From Thermodesulfobacteriota bacterium (GTDB lineage: Bacteria > Desulfobacterota_D > UBA1144 > Nemesobacterales > UBA2774): 64,000 nucleotides of DNA. The translations under genes were made by a program, and so were the position numbers. Location of the stretch: positions 448,001 to 512,000 of the forward strand of contig OY729416.1 of NCBI GenBank assembly GCA_963422265.1, given 5' to 3'. The stretch's first letter is position 1. Every line of letters starts with the position of its first letter. The notes beneath the pieces were generated by a model. The model saw nothing but the letters and a program-made list of their open reading frames with translations. It did no database searches and had not been told where the DNA came from. This document shows, piece after piece, positions 20,540 through 29,564 of this stretch.

Positions 20540-21291
20540 TGAAAGTCTATGTATTCATTACGTGCTTAGTTGATAATTTTTTCCCTGAGGTGGGAGAAAA
20601 TATGTTGAAGGTGCTTCATAAGCTGGGTTTGGAGGTTGATTGTTTAGAGGGACAGACCTGCTGTGGACAGCCCGCGTTTAACAGCGGTTATCAGGATGAT
20701 GCGAGGGCAGTTGCAGAAAGGTTTATTACACTATTTAAGCAAGTTATAGAAGATACTTCAAGTAATGACTCACATATAGTCTGTCCGTCCGGGTCATGTG
20801 CCACAATGGTTAAAGTGTTTTATAAAGAATTATTTAAAACTAATCCTAATCTATTGGAAATTGTAGAACGACTATCATCAAACACATATGAGTTCTCGGA
20901 ATTCTTGGTCAAAGTTCTAAAAACGACTCAGGTAGGCGCCGCGTATAATGGCATAGTTACTTATCACGACTCCTGCCACGCGCTAAGGGAACTTGGGATA
21001 AAGAGTGAGCCAAGAAGGCTAATAGAATCTGTTGAAGGGGCTAAGTTTGTTGAAATGGGACTCCATGACGCTTGTTGTGGATTTGGGGGAACCTTCTCTA
21101 TTAAGTTTCCCAAGGTTTCGGTTTCCATGCTGGAAGAGAAGATAGACTGCATAATAGAAAGTGGCGCAGATACGGTTGTTTCATCAGACGTGGGTTGTCT
21201 TATGAACATGGGTGGCGCGATAACGAGGCGGAACGTCCCGATAAAGGTCATGCACATAGCCGATCTTCTGGCAAGCACGGGAGGAGGATAA
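20539..21291 (+). CDS. lutA: Lactate utilization protein A (CCG-domain Fe-S protein)
   Basis: FITCLVD, QTCCGQP, SGSC, YHDSCH, CCGFGGTF. Confidence 0.9.
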   Translation: MKVYVFITCLVDNFFPEVGENMLKVLHKLGLEVDCLEGQTCCGQPAFNSGYQDDARAVAERFITLFKQVIEDTSSNDSHIVCPSGSCATMVKVFYKELFKTNPNLLEIVERLSSNTYEFSEFLVKVLKTTQVGAAYNGIVTYHDSCHALRELGIKSEPRRLIESVEGAKFVEMGLHDACCGFGGTFSIKFPKVSVSMLEEKIDCIIESGADTVVSSDVGCLMNMGGAITRRNVPIKVMHIADLLASTGGG

Positions 21292-21296
21292 AGCCT

Positions 21297-22739
21297 ATTA
21301 TAGGGTTTGATAAAATCAACTTTGAAAGGGACTCCAGGAAGGCGGTAAGGGATAAAGGTCTTCAAAATGCTTTAATAAGCGCCACAGATCGCTTCAGGTC
21401 CGCAAGGTTTAAGGCAAGTTCTGAAATTAGCGGTTGGGACGAGCTTAGAACACGGGCACGAAAAATAAAAAAAGAGACAATATCACATCTTGATGAATAT
21501 CTAGTGTCGCTTGAAAAGAGTGTAAATGCTGTAGGGGGCAGGGTTCACTGGGCGCGAGACGGGGAAGAAGCGTCACGGATTATAGTCGGTATTGCTCACT
21601 CAAACAAAGTTAGCTCAATTGTAAAGAGTAAATCTATGGCTACTGAGGAGATTGAGCTAAACTCAGCCCTTGAAAAAGCAGGAATCAAGGTTGTTGAGAC
21701 AGACCTTGGCGAGTACATAGTTCAGTTAGCTGGAGAGCGTCCCTCACACATTCTCGCTCCCGCCGTGCATAAGACAAAAGGGGACATATCAAAACTTTTC
21801 TCCGACAAACTCGACGTCCCTCGCTTCAGCGATCCCCAAGAGTTGACAAAAGTCGCAAGAGATAGGTTAAGGAACGAGTTTCTAAACGCTGGCATGGGGG
21901 TATCAGGGGTGAATTTTGCAGTAGCGGAAACCGGTACTGTAGTAATAGTAGAGAATGAAGGAAACGCACGGCTTACGACAACTGTTCCCAAAATTCATGT
22001 AGCCCTTATGGGTATAGAGAAGATTATCCCTCGCTACGAAGATCTATCCCTCTTCCTAACGCTTCTTGCAAGGAGCGCCACAGGGCAAAAATCCTCTACC
22101 TACGTATCTTTTATAAGCGGGGCTAGAAGAAAAGGAGACTTAGATGGACCCGCGGAGTTCCACCTTGTTCTTTTGGATAATGGGAGGTCAAAAATTCTCG
22201 CTTCCCAACAGACAATTGAGTCTCTTTACTGTATAAGGTGTGGGGCTTGTCTCAACAACTGCCCCGTGTATAGAAAGGTAGGGGGGCACTCATACGGATG
22301 GGTATATTCAGGGCCGATTGGAGCCATTATTAACCCTCAGTTGATAGGTATAGATAAGGCGTCTGAGCTTCCATTCGCCTCATCTCTATGTGGAGCCTGT
22401 AAGGACGTGTGTCCGGTAAAAATAGATTTTCCAAAGGTTCTTTTAGAATTAAGACAACAAGTAGTTTCAAATAAGATAAAGAAAAGAGAATGGGACGCGC
22501 TTCTGGAACGATTAGGGGTAAAGCTATGGCGCTTTACAGTTGAGCATAAACGGGCATATGAAATCTTCAGTAAACTTTTTTACTACTTGCAATACGCCTG
22601 GGGGGCTAATCAAGGACGTCTGAAGTCACTACCTTTTCCTTTCTCACGGTGGACTGAGGAAAGAGATTTTCCGACAATTGCTAGAACCCCATTTAGAAAA
22701 AGATGGAAAACTATTAGAAAAGAGATCGGAAATCCATAA
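21297..22739 (+). CDS. lutB: Lactate utilization protein B (Fe-S); start codon uncertain
   Basis: VKSKSM, ETDLGEYI, PSHI.APA.H, NEGN, CIRCGACLNNCPVY, SSLCGACKDVCPV. Confidence 0.9.
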   Translation: MIGFDKINFERDSRKAVRDKGLQNALISATDRFRSARFKASSEISGWDELRTRARKIKKETISHLDEYLVSLEKSVNAVGGRVHWARDGEEASRIIVGIAHSNKVSSIVKSKSMATEEIELNSALEKAGIKVVETDLGEYIVQLAGERPSHILAPAVHKTKGDISKLFSDKLDVPRFSDPQELTKVARDRLRNEFLNAGMGVSGVNFAVAETGTVVIVENEGNARLTTTVPKIHVALMGIEKIIPRYEDLSLFLTLLARSATGQKSSTYVSFISGARRKGDLDGPAEFHLVLLDNGRSKILASQQTIESLYCIRCGACLNNCPVYRKVGGHSYGWVYSGPIGAIINPQLIGIDKASELPFASSLCGACKDVCPVKIDFPKVLLELRQQVVSNKIKKREWDALLERLGVKLWRFTVEHKRAYEIFSKLFYYLQYAWGANQGRLKSLPFPFSRWTEERDFPTIARTPFRKRWKTIRKEIGNP

Positions 22740-23449
22740 TGACCAATCACTCAAGAGACGAGATTCTGCATAGTATTAGGAAGGGATTAAGCCACTCTTT
22801 ACATAAGAAAAGGGAGGACGAGCGCTTATTTCTCGTAGATAAGGCAAGGAACTTTAAGAGCGAAGCAAAAGATATTACCATACAAAATCAGATGATTATA
22901 AGCAATCTGTTAAAGCAGTTTGTTAAGGAAGCTGAGAAGGTCAACGCAACCGTATTCAAAGTAAAGAATGGGGGAGAAATCAGGGATTTTATAGGCGATT
23001 TTATAAAAGATAGAAACATGAAATCTTTTTCAGTTTGGGAATCAAAATACCTAAAGAATCTTGAACTGAAAGAATATCTTCAAAGTAAAGGATTAAAAGT
23101 AGTTAAACCAGAGAACAAGTATGAATTAGCGAGAGCGGATATAGGAGTTACAGAGGCAGATTATGTGATAGCCGACACAGGTACGCTTGTGCTCTTGTCG
23201 GATGGGAGTCGCCCGCGAGGTGTTTCTTTGCTTCCTACTACGCATATGGCAATTGTCCATCCATGTAATGTAATTAGCAACATCAATGAGTTGTTCATTA
23301 TTCTGAAGAACAAATTTAATGCTAGCCGAGAGTTAACAAGCTGTATGAGTTTTGTTACCGGACCGAGCCGCACTGCGGATATAGAACTTAATCTTACACT
23401 CGGCGTCCATGGACCGAAGGAATTGCTTATTTTATTGACGGAGGGATGA
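22739..23449 (+). CDS. lutC: Lactate utilization protein C (LUD domain)
   Basis: IADTGTLVL, SLLP..H, TGPSRTADIELNLTLGVHGP. Confidence 0.9.
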   Translation: MTNHSRDEILHSIRKGLSHSLHKKREDERLFLVDKARNFKSEAKDITIQNQMIISNLLKQFVKEAEKVNATVFKVKNGGEIRDFIGDFIKDRNMKSFSVWESKYLKNLELKEYLQSKGLKVVKPENKYELARADIGVTEADYVIADTGTLVLLSDGSRPRGVSLLPTTHMAIVHPCNVISNINELFIILKNKFNASRELTSCMSFVTGPSRTADIELNLTLGVHGPKELLILLTEG

Positions 23450-23479
23450 ACTTCTGCAGTTTCCTGTGAGCTTTTTATA

Positions 23480-23507
23480 GCTTCCGATAAGATATATTAT
23501 GTCAACT
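23480..23507 (+). other. dif: XerCD dif recombination site (chromosome dimer resolution)
   Basis: GCTTCCGATAA-GATATA-TTATGTCAACT: 11-6-11 layout, intergenic; right arm close to the E. coli/B. subtilis XerD arms (TTATGTTAAAT/TTATGTAAACT). Confidence 0.85.
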
Positions 23508-23671
23508 AATAGATTGGGAAAAGTGATGTATGTGAAAAGGCTGTTACTGAACACCAGGACCACAGCAGGACATTTTTAATTGAGAGCATCTACGTTGCAA
23601 ACCCGTAAAAACTGGGTCCCGCCTACTACTATCATTCTTTTCTATACATAACATAATAACTAACAAAAGGC

Positions 23672-23700
23672 TTGAAAAATAAACTTTAGAACATTATATT
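23672..23700 (+). promoter_or_regulatory. Putative sigma70 promoter
   Basis: TTGAAA-17 bp-TATATT upstream of the FmdB-family gene. Confidence 0.5.
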
Positions 23701-23740
23701 GTATGGATAGTCATATATATAATATAGGGGTAAATGGGAA

Positions 23741-24112
23741 ATGCCGATTTACGAATACGAATGCAAAAAATGTGACAAGATAATTGAAGAACTTCAAGGT
23801 TTTAACGATCCACCACTCACAAGGTGTAAAGACTGCAAAGGCAAACTTGAAAAGCTAATCTCCCTCTCTTCTTTTCATCTAACTGGCACAGGCTGGTACA
23901 CGACCGATTACGTTAAAGGAGCTGGAGTTCCTCCTAAAGCAGAAGCTCAGAACAACCCCGCCATTGATAATGGAGACCGCTCTGGCAGTAACGATTATAG
24001 TAAAAGTGCCACTGTAGCGGAGAGTGGTACCCCCTCGTCTCCATCTGAGACCTATAAATCAATACAAAAAGAAACGAAGAAAGCCAGGGTTACAGCAAAA
24101 GCTACTTCATAA
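23741..24112 (+). CDS. FmdB-family zinc-ribbon protein
   Basis: MPIYEYECKKC...CKDC...F.L.G.GWYTTDY with a low-complexity tail. Confidence 0.9.
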   Translation: MPIYEYECKKCDKIIEELQGFNDPPLTRCKDCKGKLEKLISLSSFHLTGTGWYTTDYVKGAGVPPKAEAQNNPAIDNGDRSGSNDYSKSATVAESGTPSSPSETYKSIQKETKKARVTAKATS

Positions 24113-24113
24113 A

Positions 24114-24905
24114 ATGGATTTGTATCTAAAGGATAAAGTTGCCATAGTAGCAGCCTCCAGTAAGGGATTAGGAAAAGCAGCTGCCCTTGGGCTTGCGCGT
24201 GAGGGTGTAAAGCTCACAATTTGCTCGAGAAGTAAAGAGCATATAGAGAGAACGGGAGATGAAATATCTTTTCAAACTGAGACGGAGGTTCTGAGCTGTC
24301 AGTGTGACGTCTCAAAGACCGAGGATATTAAGGCGGTAGTCTCACAAACGATAGAGAAATATTCAAAGATAGATATAATGATAAACAACGCTGGTGGGCC
24401 GCCCGTCGGCACGTTTTTAGACTTCTCACTGGAAGAATGGCAGAAGGCGATTGAGCTCAACCTTTTTAGCACAATTAGTTTCTGTAATGAAGTTATCCCC
24501 TTTATGAAAAGGCAAAGGTGGGGGCGTATAGTTAATATCGCCTCTATATCTGTAAAACAGCCTATAGATGGGCTTATTCTTTCAAATACTGTAAGGGCAG
24601 GAGTGATTGGACTCGCAAAAACTATGTCAACTGAGTTTGCTCCTTACAACGTGCTTATTAATAACATATGCCCTGGAAGAATCTTTACCGATAGAATTAA
24701 AAGTCTGGCAAATCAGAGAGCGAAGCTTGAGAATAAAAGCTTTGACGAAGCAATATCCACGATGGAAAAAGACATCCCAATCGGCAGAATAGGCAAACCA
24801 GAGGAGCTTGCGAATTTGATTGTTTTCCTATCCTCGGATAGAGCAAGCTATATTACGGGGACGACGACGCTTGTTGACGGCGGGTTGGCTAAAGGACTTA
24901 TGTGA
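24114..24905 (+). CDS. SDR-family oxidoreductase
   Basis: AASSKGLG, INNAGGPP, SNTVRAG, IPIGRIGKPEE, YITG..LVDGG; ATG 24114. Confidence 0.9.
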   Translation: MDLYLKDKVAIVAASSKGLGKAAALGLAREGVKLTICSRSKEHIERTGDEISFQTETEVLSCQCDVSKTEDIKAVVSQTIEKYSKIDIMINNAGGPPVGTFLDFSLEEWQKAIELNLFSTISFCNEVIPFMKRQRWGRIVNIASISVKQPIDGLILSNTVRAGVIGLAKTMSTEFAPYNVLINNICPGRIFTDRIKSLANQRAKLENKSFDEAISTMEKDIPIGRIGKPEELANLIVFLSSDRASYITGTTTLVDGGLAKGLM

Positions 24906-24924
24906 CGCGCTATCTAAGAAGACA

Positions 24925-25449
24925 ATGCCTCATTATAAAAGCCCAACAAAAAAGAACAACAGATCCATCTTTCTCCTTGCCCTACTCTGCTTAACATACT
25001 ATTTGGTTACTACTTATTACCCGAGCGGCTTTACATTAAATACTCCGTGCAAAGTATTGTGTGTAGAGATTGAGAAGGATAGCTCATCAACTATTATCAG
25101 TTTAGATAAAGCTAAAGATATAAGCATATTATACGACAAATATCATATACCCTCTGATGAGCAGCTTATTAGGAATGGGGATAAATTAAAGCTCTCTAAT
25201 AAAAAAGACATTGTGATTGGAAATATAAGCGGTATTAAGAGTATGTCTTTAGGCATCCCCATACGTATAAATTCCGCGTCTGCCGACGACATAAAAGCAC
25301 TACCGGGTATCGGGTACAAGTTAGCCGCACGGATCGTTGCTTATAGAGACTCAGTGGGCGGTTTTCAGGGACTGGGGGAGCTTCAAAGTGTAGATGGAAT
25401 TGGAAAGAAAAAGCTTAATTCTATAAAAGAATTTGTAAACCTCGACTAG
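24925..25449 (+). CDS. ComEA-like helix-hairpin-helix DNA-binding protein
   Basis: N-terminal TM; IRINSASADDIKALPGIGYKLA.RIV.YR, L.SV.GIG. Confidence 0.8.
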   Translation: MPHYKSPTKKNNRSIFLLALLCLTYYLVTTYYPSGFTLNTPCKVLCVEIEKDSSSTIISLDKAKDISILYDKYHIPSDEQLIRNGDKLKLSNKKDIVIGNISGIKSMSLGIPIRINSASADDIKALPGIGYKLAARIVAYRDSVGGFQGLGELQSVDGIGKKKLNSIKEFVNLD

Positions 25450-28073
25450 CGTCCTAGAATAACGTCCCCCTCGCCGTTATCTTTTATCGTAGTAAGCCTA
25501 TTATTATTCAGTAAGTCGTCATTTTCTAGCGCATACCGCTTCAGAGAAGCTACGTTATAGGGGATATTACCGTAAGGGGTTTTCACAATCTTTACACCAT
25601 TTGGTTTTTCAAATGATCCGCCAGGATACTTAGAAAGGGCGGCTTCCATGTAATCAATCCATATAGGAAGGGCTGCTCTTGAGCCTGTCTCTTTATACCC
25701 AAGAGATTTGTGATCATCTCTGCCCACCCAGACCGCGGTTGTGATATTGGGGCTGAATCCTACAAACCAAGCGTCCGTGTAGTTATTAGTGGTGCCGGTT
25801 TTTCCTGCGACAGGAGCGAGTGACGTGAGCCTGAGAGCTCTTTTCCCTGTGCCTTCTTTGACAACCGCTTCAAGCAGATCCGTCATTATATAAGCGGTCT
25901 CGGGACTAAGGGTTTGTTCGTAATCATGATCTCTTCCGAAGTCAATAGGCTCACTTCTTATTAACTGAAGGAACTCGTCTGGCGTAAAGAATTTATGTTT
26001 ATTCTCATTCACTAATAGGTCATTATCCATCAGATTCCTCTCTCTCAAGTATTCTCCATACCAGTTTCTACCCCTACCCTTCTTCTTAGCGATCTCGCTT
26101 ATTATATGAAGTTTTTTTTCTTCCCTCTGCGCTTTGAGTGACTCCTCTTTGGATAAAAAATCTCCACCCCCAGTGTTGTCTTCTATAATCCTACCGTTAC
26201 GGTCATAAATGCGAAGTATGAACCTAGCTTTAACTAATTTACCTCCATTGGCGAATACATTATACGCCGTGGCCATTTCTATAACCTTTAAGTCAGTTCC
26301 ACCTAGGGCTAGTGAAGGGTAAGGACCCATGGGCGACGTAAAACCAAATTTTCTTGAGTAGTTAACTACGTATTCTGGATCAATATCTAAAATTAGTCTA
26401 ACGCTGGCTAAATTCCTTGACTTCGCAAAAGCCTCTCTAAGGGTTATAGCTCCTAAGTAATCCTCATCGTAGTTCTGGGGTTTCCAGTCATTAATCACGA
26501 CTGGCATGTCGGACAATGCCGACGTCTCCGCGTATCCTTTGTCAACTGCTGCTGAATAGAGAATCGGCTTAAATGCCGAACCAGGTTGTCTGAGTGCTTG
26601 AGTAACCCTGTTAAATTGAGATTTCTGATAATCAAATCCTCCTACAAGCGTAAGCACATTACCCTTAGTGTCCATGGATACTAAGGCTCCCTGTGTTTGA
26701 GAAGAAATGACAAGAGAGAAATAATACTTTTCCTCTTCGCGCTTAACTGCCTTTACTTTAATAACGTCTCCTGGCTTAAGTCTGACGGGGGTTACGCTTA
26801 CGTTCTGATAGTAGCTACCCTTTTGGATAACATTGTCGTTATCAAGAGGAGAAGATAAACTCATTACAGGCGATCTGACTGCGTATTTTAATATTCCCTC
26901 GACTGCGCCAACGCCAACGTTGGCGACGTAATAAAGGGTACCCTCTTTAGATGTGCCAATGCCCTTTACTTCCTTAACAACAGCTTCGTAAGTCTTTCCA
27001 AATTCAATACTATCTACTCCTTGCTTCTTCTTCCACGTCTCGATAGCGGCGTCTCCATTGATTTGCTCAGATACTATCATCCTTCGTCCCCTTCTCGATT
27101 CGAGGTCTAGCACCCTTCTTTTGAGTGCCCACTGGGCTTCAAAGTTTAGGCTTACGTCGAGTGTCGTGAAGATAGTATATCCACCAGCTAAGAAAGCCTT
27201 GGTGCCGACTCTATGCTCAAGATACCTCCTCACGTGTTCGACAAAATAGGGAGCTAGCTTATTGTTTATCTTTTGTTTAGACACAATATTAATCTGATAC
27301 TGAGCAGCTTTGAGCCTTTCATATTCAGAAATGAATCCTTCTTCCTCCATTTTTTTAAGAACTAGCTTTTGCCTATCCAAAGCCCTCTCAGGATACTTAC
27401 GTGGTGAGAAGTATTCAGGTTTCTTAGGTAGCCCTGCTAGGAGGGCAGCTTCGGCTAAGTTTATATCTTTTGCTCTTTTTCCAAAATAATTTCGGCTGGC
27501 GTATTCAATTCCGTAAGTTCCATCCGCAAGGTAAATATGGTTCAGATACAGATAAAGAATCTCTTCCTTAGAAAGGTTGTTCTCAATCCTATGTGCAAGT
27601 ATGGCTTCTTTTATTTTTCGAGAGATTGTTCTTTCAGGAGATAATATAGTGTTTTTAATTACCTGCTGAGTAATTGTGCTTGCGCCTCTAACCCAGTTTC
27701 CTTCTTGAGCGTTTTCCATCATAGCGGCTATAATACTTTTTACATCAACCCCTTTGTGCTCGAGAAAGCGTCTGTCCTCAACTGCAATAAAAGCATTACC
27801 GACGTAAGGGGGAATATCTTCGTAGGGTATAAATTTACGGTGCTCAGAAGCGAATTCACCTATGAGTGTGCCATCGGATGAATAAACTTCTGATATGAGA
27901 TTGGGCTGATAACCCGTGATAACCGTCAAGTCTGGAAGGTCTTGCGCGTAGAACTTATAGGCAGAGTATATACCAATCACCGCTACAACTGTTAGAGCGA
28001 GGAAAAACCTTACGAAAAACAGCAACATCTTGATTTTTCTTGGCTTTGATTTAAATTTCTTCTTCGCTGTCAT
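25446..28073 (-). CDS. mrcA: Class A penicillin-binding protein (PBP1A family)
   Basis: EDRRF..H.G, GASTITQQ, RKIKE; transpeptidase PGSAFK, SRN, GKTGT. Confidence 0.9.
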   Translation of the reverse strand: MTAKKKFKSKPRKIKMLLFFVRFFLALTVVAVIGIYSAYKFYAQDLPDLTVITGYQPNLISEVYSSDGTLIGEFASEHRKFIPYEDIPPYVGNAFIAVEDRRFLEHKGVDVKSIIAAMMENAQEGNWVRGASTITQQVIKNTILSPERTISRKIKEAILAHRIENNLSKEEILYLYLNHIYLADGTYGIEYASRNYFGKRAKDINLAEAALLAGLPKKPEYFSPRKYPERALDRQKLVLKKMEEEGFISEYERLKAAQYQINIVSKQKINNKLAPYFVEHVRRYLEHRVGTKAFLAGGYTIFTTLDVSLNFEAQWALKRRVLDLESRRGRRMIVSEQINGDAAIETWKKKQGVDSIEFGKTYEAVVKEVKGIGTSKEGTLYYVANVGVGAVEGILKYAVRSPVMSLSSPLDNDNVIQKGSYYQNVSVTPVRLKPGDVIKVKAVKREEEKYYFSLVISSQTQGALVSMDTKGNVLTLVGGFDYQKSQFNRVTQALRQPGSAFKPILYSAAVDKGYAETSALSDMPVVINDWKPQNYDEDYLGAITLREAFAKSRNLASVRLILDIDPEYVVNYSRKFGFTSPMGPYPSLALGGTDLKVIEMATAYNVFANGGKLVKARFILRIYDRNGRIIEDNTGGGDFLSKEESLKAQREEKKLHIISEIAKKKGRGRNWYGEYLRERNLMDNDLLVNENKHKFFTPDEFLQLIRSEPIDFGRDHDYEQTLSPETAYIMTDLLEAVVKEGTGKRALRLTSLAPVAGKTGTTNNYTDAWFVGFSPNITTAVWVGRDDHKSLGYKETGSRAALPIWIDYMEAALSKYPGGSFEKPNGVKIVKTPYGNIPYNVASLKRYALENDDLLNNNRLTTIKDNGEGDVILGR

Positions 28074-28182
28074 AAAGACTTGATGAAAGCCGTTAAAAGA
28101 GTTTTAAGTATGTTAAAGCTACAAAACGGGGATAATTATACCTGAGCAAATACTTTTGCCTAAACTATAAATTAGCTATTAA

Positions 28183-28419
28183 TTGATGAAGAATAATTAC
28201 AATAAAAATGCTCAAACACCTGTCTCCGACTCCCAGACGGGCTTTGATTCTTATATTAAGAAGTTGGATAATCAAGAGCTTAAGGGAATGTTGCTTAAAC
28301 TCAAGAACGAGATCAGGAAACCGGATCCAAGTTGGGGAGTAATCAGCAATATTCTCAAATCCCTAAAACAAAAGAATACTCAAATGTTAACAGAAGTGAT
28401 AACACGTATAGTAGATTAA
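28183..28419 (+). CDS. Small hypothetical protein
   Basis: 78-aa helical ORF upstream of cysK; no motif recognised. Confidence 0.55.
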   Translation: MMKNNYNKNAQTPVSDSQTGFDSYIKKLDNQELKGMLLKLKNEIRKPDPSWGVISNILKSLKQKNTQMLTEVITRIVD

Positions 28420-28469
28420 ATAGTCAGACTTAAAGGTCTATCTCAAGTTAAGATAGTAGCTACCCGTGG

Positions 28470-29423
28470 ATGTTCAAGGGAAACATTAACAATAAAGTAG
28501 TTAATAGCATACTTGATCTTATAGGTCAAACGCCTGTGCTTAGGCTAGACAATCTCATACCTCGAGGTTCGGCGGCGACTGTTTGGGCTAAGCTAGAGAA
28601 CTTAAATCCTGCGGGGAGCGTAAAAGAGCGAATATGCTTGAGAATGATAGAAGCTGCTGAGGTTGAGGGGCTAATAAGTCCGGACAAGAATATGATTGTG
28701 GGCGCTACGAGCGGCAATACCGGCATAGGTCTCGCCCTAGTCTGCGCGGTAAAGGGCTATAGTTTGACCCTCACAATGCCTGATGACATGAGCCAGGAAA
28801 GAAAAGACTTGCTAAGAGCTTACGGAGCTGAATTGATATTGACTCCTGCGAGTGAACAAATGATAGGTGCAGTTAGAAGAGCCGAATCGATCGTTAAGAA
28901 GGAACCTAATTCCTTTATGCCCCAGCAGTTTAAAAATCACCACAATCCAGAGACTCACATGAAGTCAACCGCTCCTGAAATACTGGATCAAATACCGGGG
29001 AAGATAGATGCTTTTGTCGCAGGAGTCGGGACAGGCGGAACCATAACGGGCGTGGGAGAGGTGCTAAAGGAGGAATACCCTGACATAGCTCTTATAGCAG
29101 TTGAACCAAAGGAATCTGCCGTGCTTTCGGGGAACAACAGCCCCGATTCACACGATATTCAGGGAATGGGCTTTGGTTTTATTCCCGACGTGTTAAATAC
29201 CAAGATATATGATGAGGTTATAACTATCTCGGGAGACGAGGCAAAAGACTTTACTAGAGAGATAGCAGCTAAAGAAGGACTTTTAGTAGGTATTTCGGCT
29301 GGTGCATCTGGGCTTGCCGCAAAAAGGATTGCTGGGAAATTAGGCAAACACAAGCAGGTGGTAACAATATTCTCAGACACTGGCGAGAGATATCTCAGCA
29401 CGGGACTTTTTGGTGAAGATTAA
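28470..29423 (+). CDS. cysK: Cysteine synthase
   Basis: KLENLNPAGSVKER, TSGNTG, GVGTGGT, DTGERYLST. Confidence 0.93.
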   Translation: MFKGNINNKVVNSILDLIGQTPVLRLDNLIPRGSAATVWAKLENLNPAGSVKERICLRMIEAAEVEGLISPDKNMIVGATSGNTGIGLALVCAVKGYSLTLTMPDDMSQERKDLLRAYGAELILTPASEQMIGAVRRAESIVKKEPNSFMPQQFKNHHNPETHMKSTAPEILDQIPGKIDAFVAGVGTGGTITGVGEVLKEEYPDIALIAVEPKESAVLSGNNSPDSHDIQGMGFGFIPDVLNTKIYDEVITISGDEAKDFTREIAAKEGLLVGISAGASGLAAKRIAGKLGKHKQVVTIFSDTGERYLSTGLFGED

Positions 29424-29479
29424 CCTTACATGTTTTCATAATGTTGTCATACGCCTAATCAAAGGATTAGAGAATCAAT

Positions 29480-29508
29480 TTGAAAACGCTTGGTAAGTAT
29501 GCTATCCT
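29480..29508 (+). promoter_or_regulatory. Putative sigma70 promoter for the ftsH operon
   Basis: TTGAAA-17 bp-TATCCT with a TG extended -10. Confidence 0.5.
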
Positions 29509-29564
29509 TCTAACTATTTACCACTTAATAACAAGTTTAAGGTAAAAAAGCTAAAGAGGTTAAG

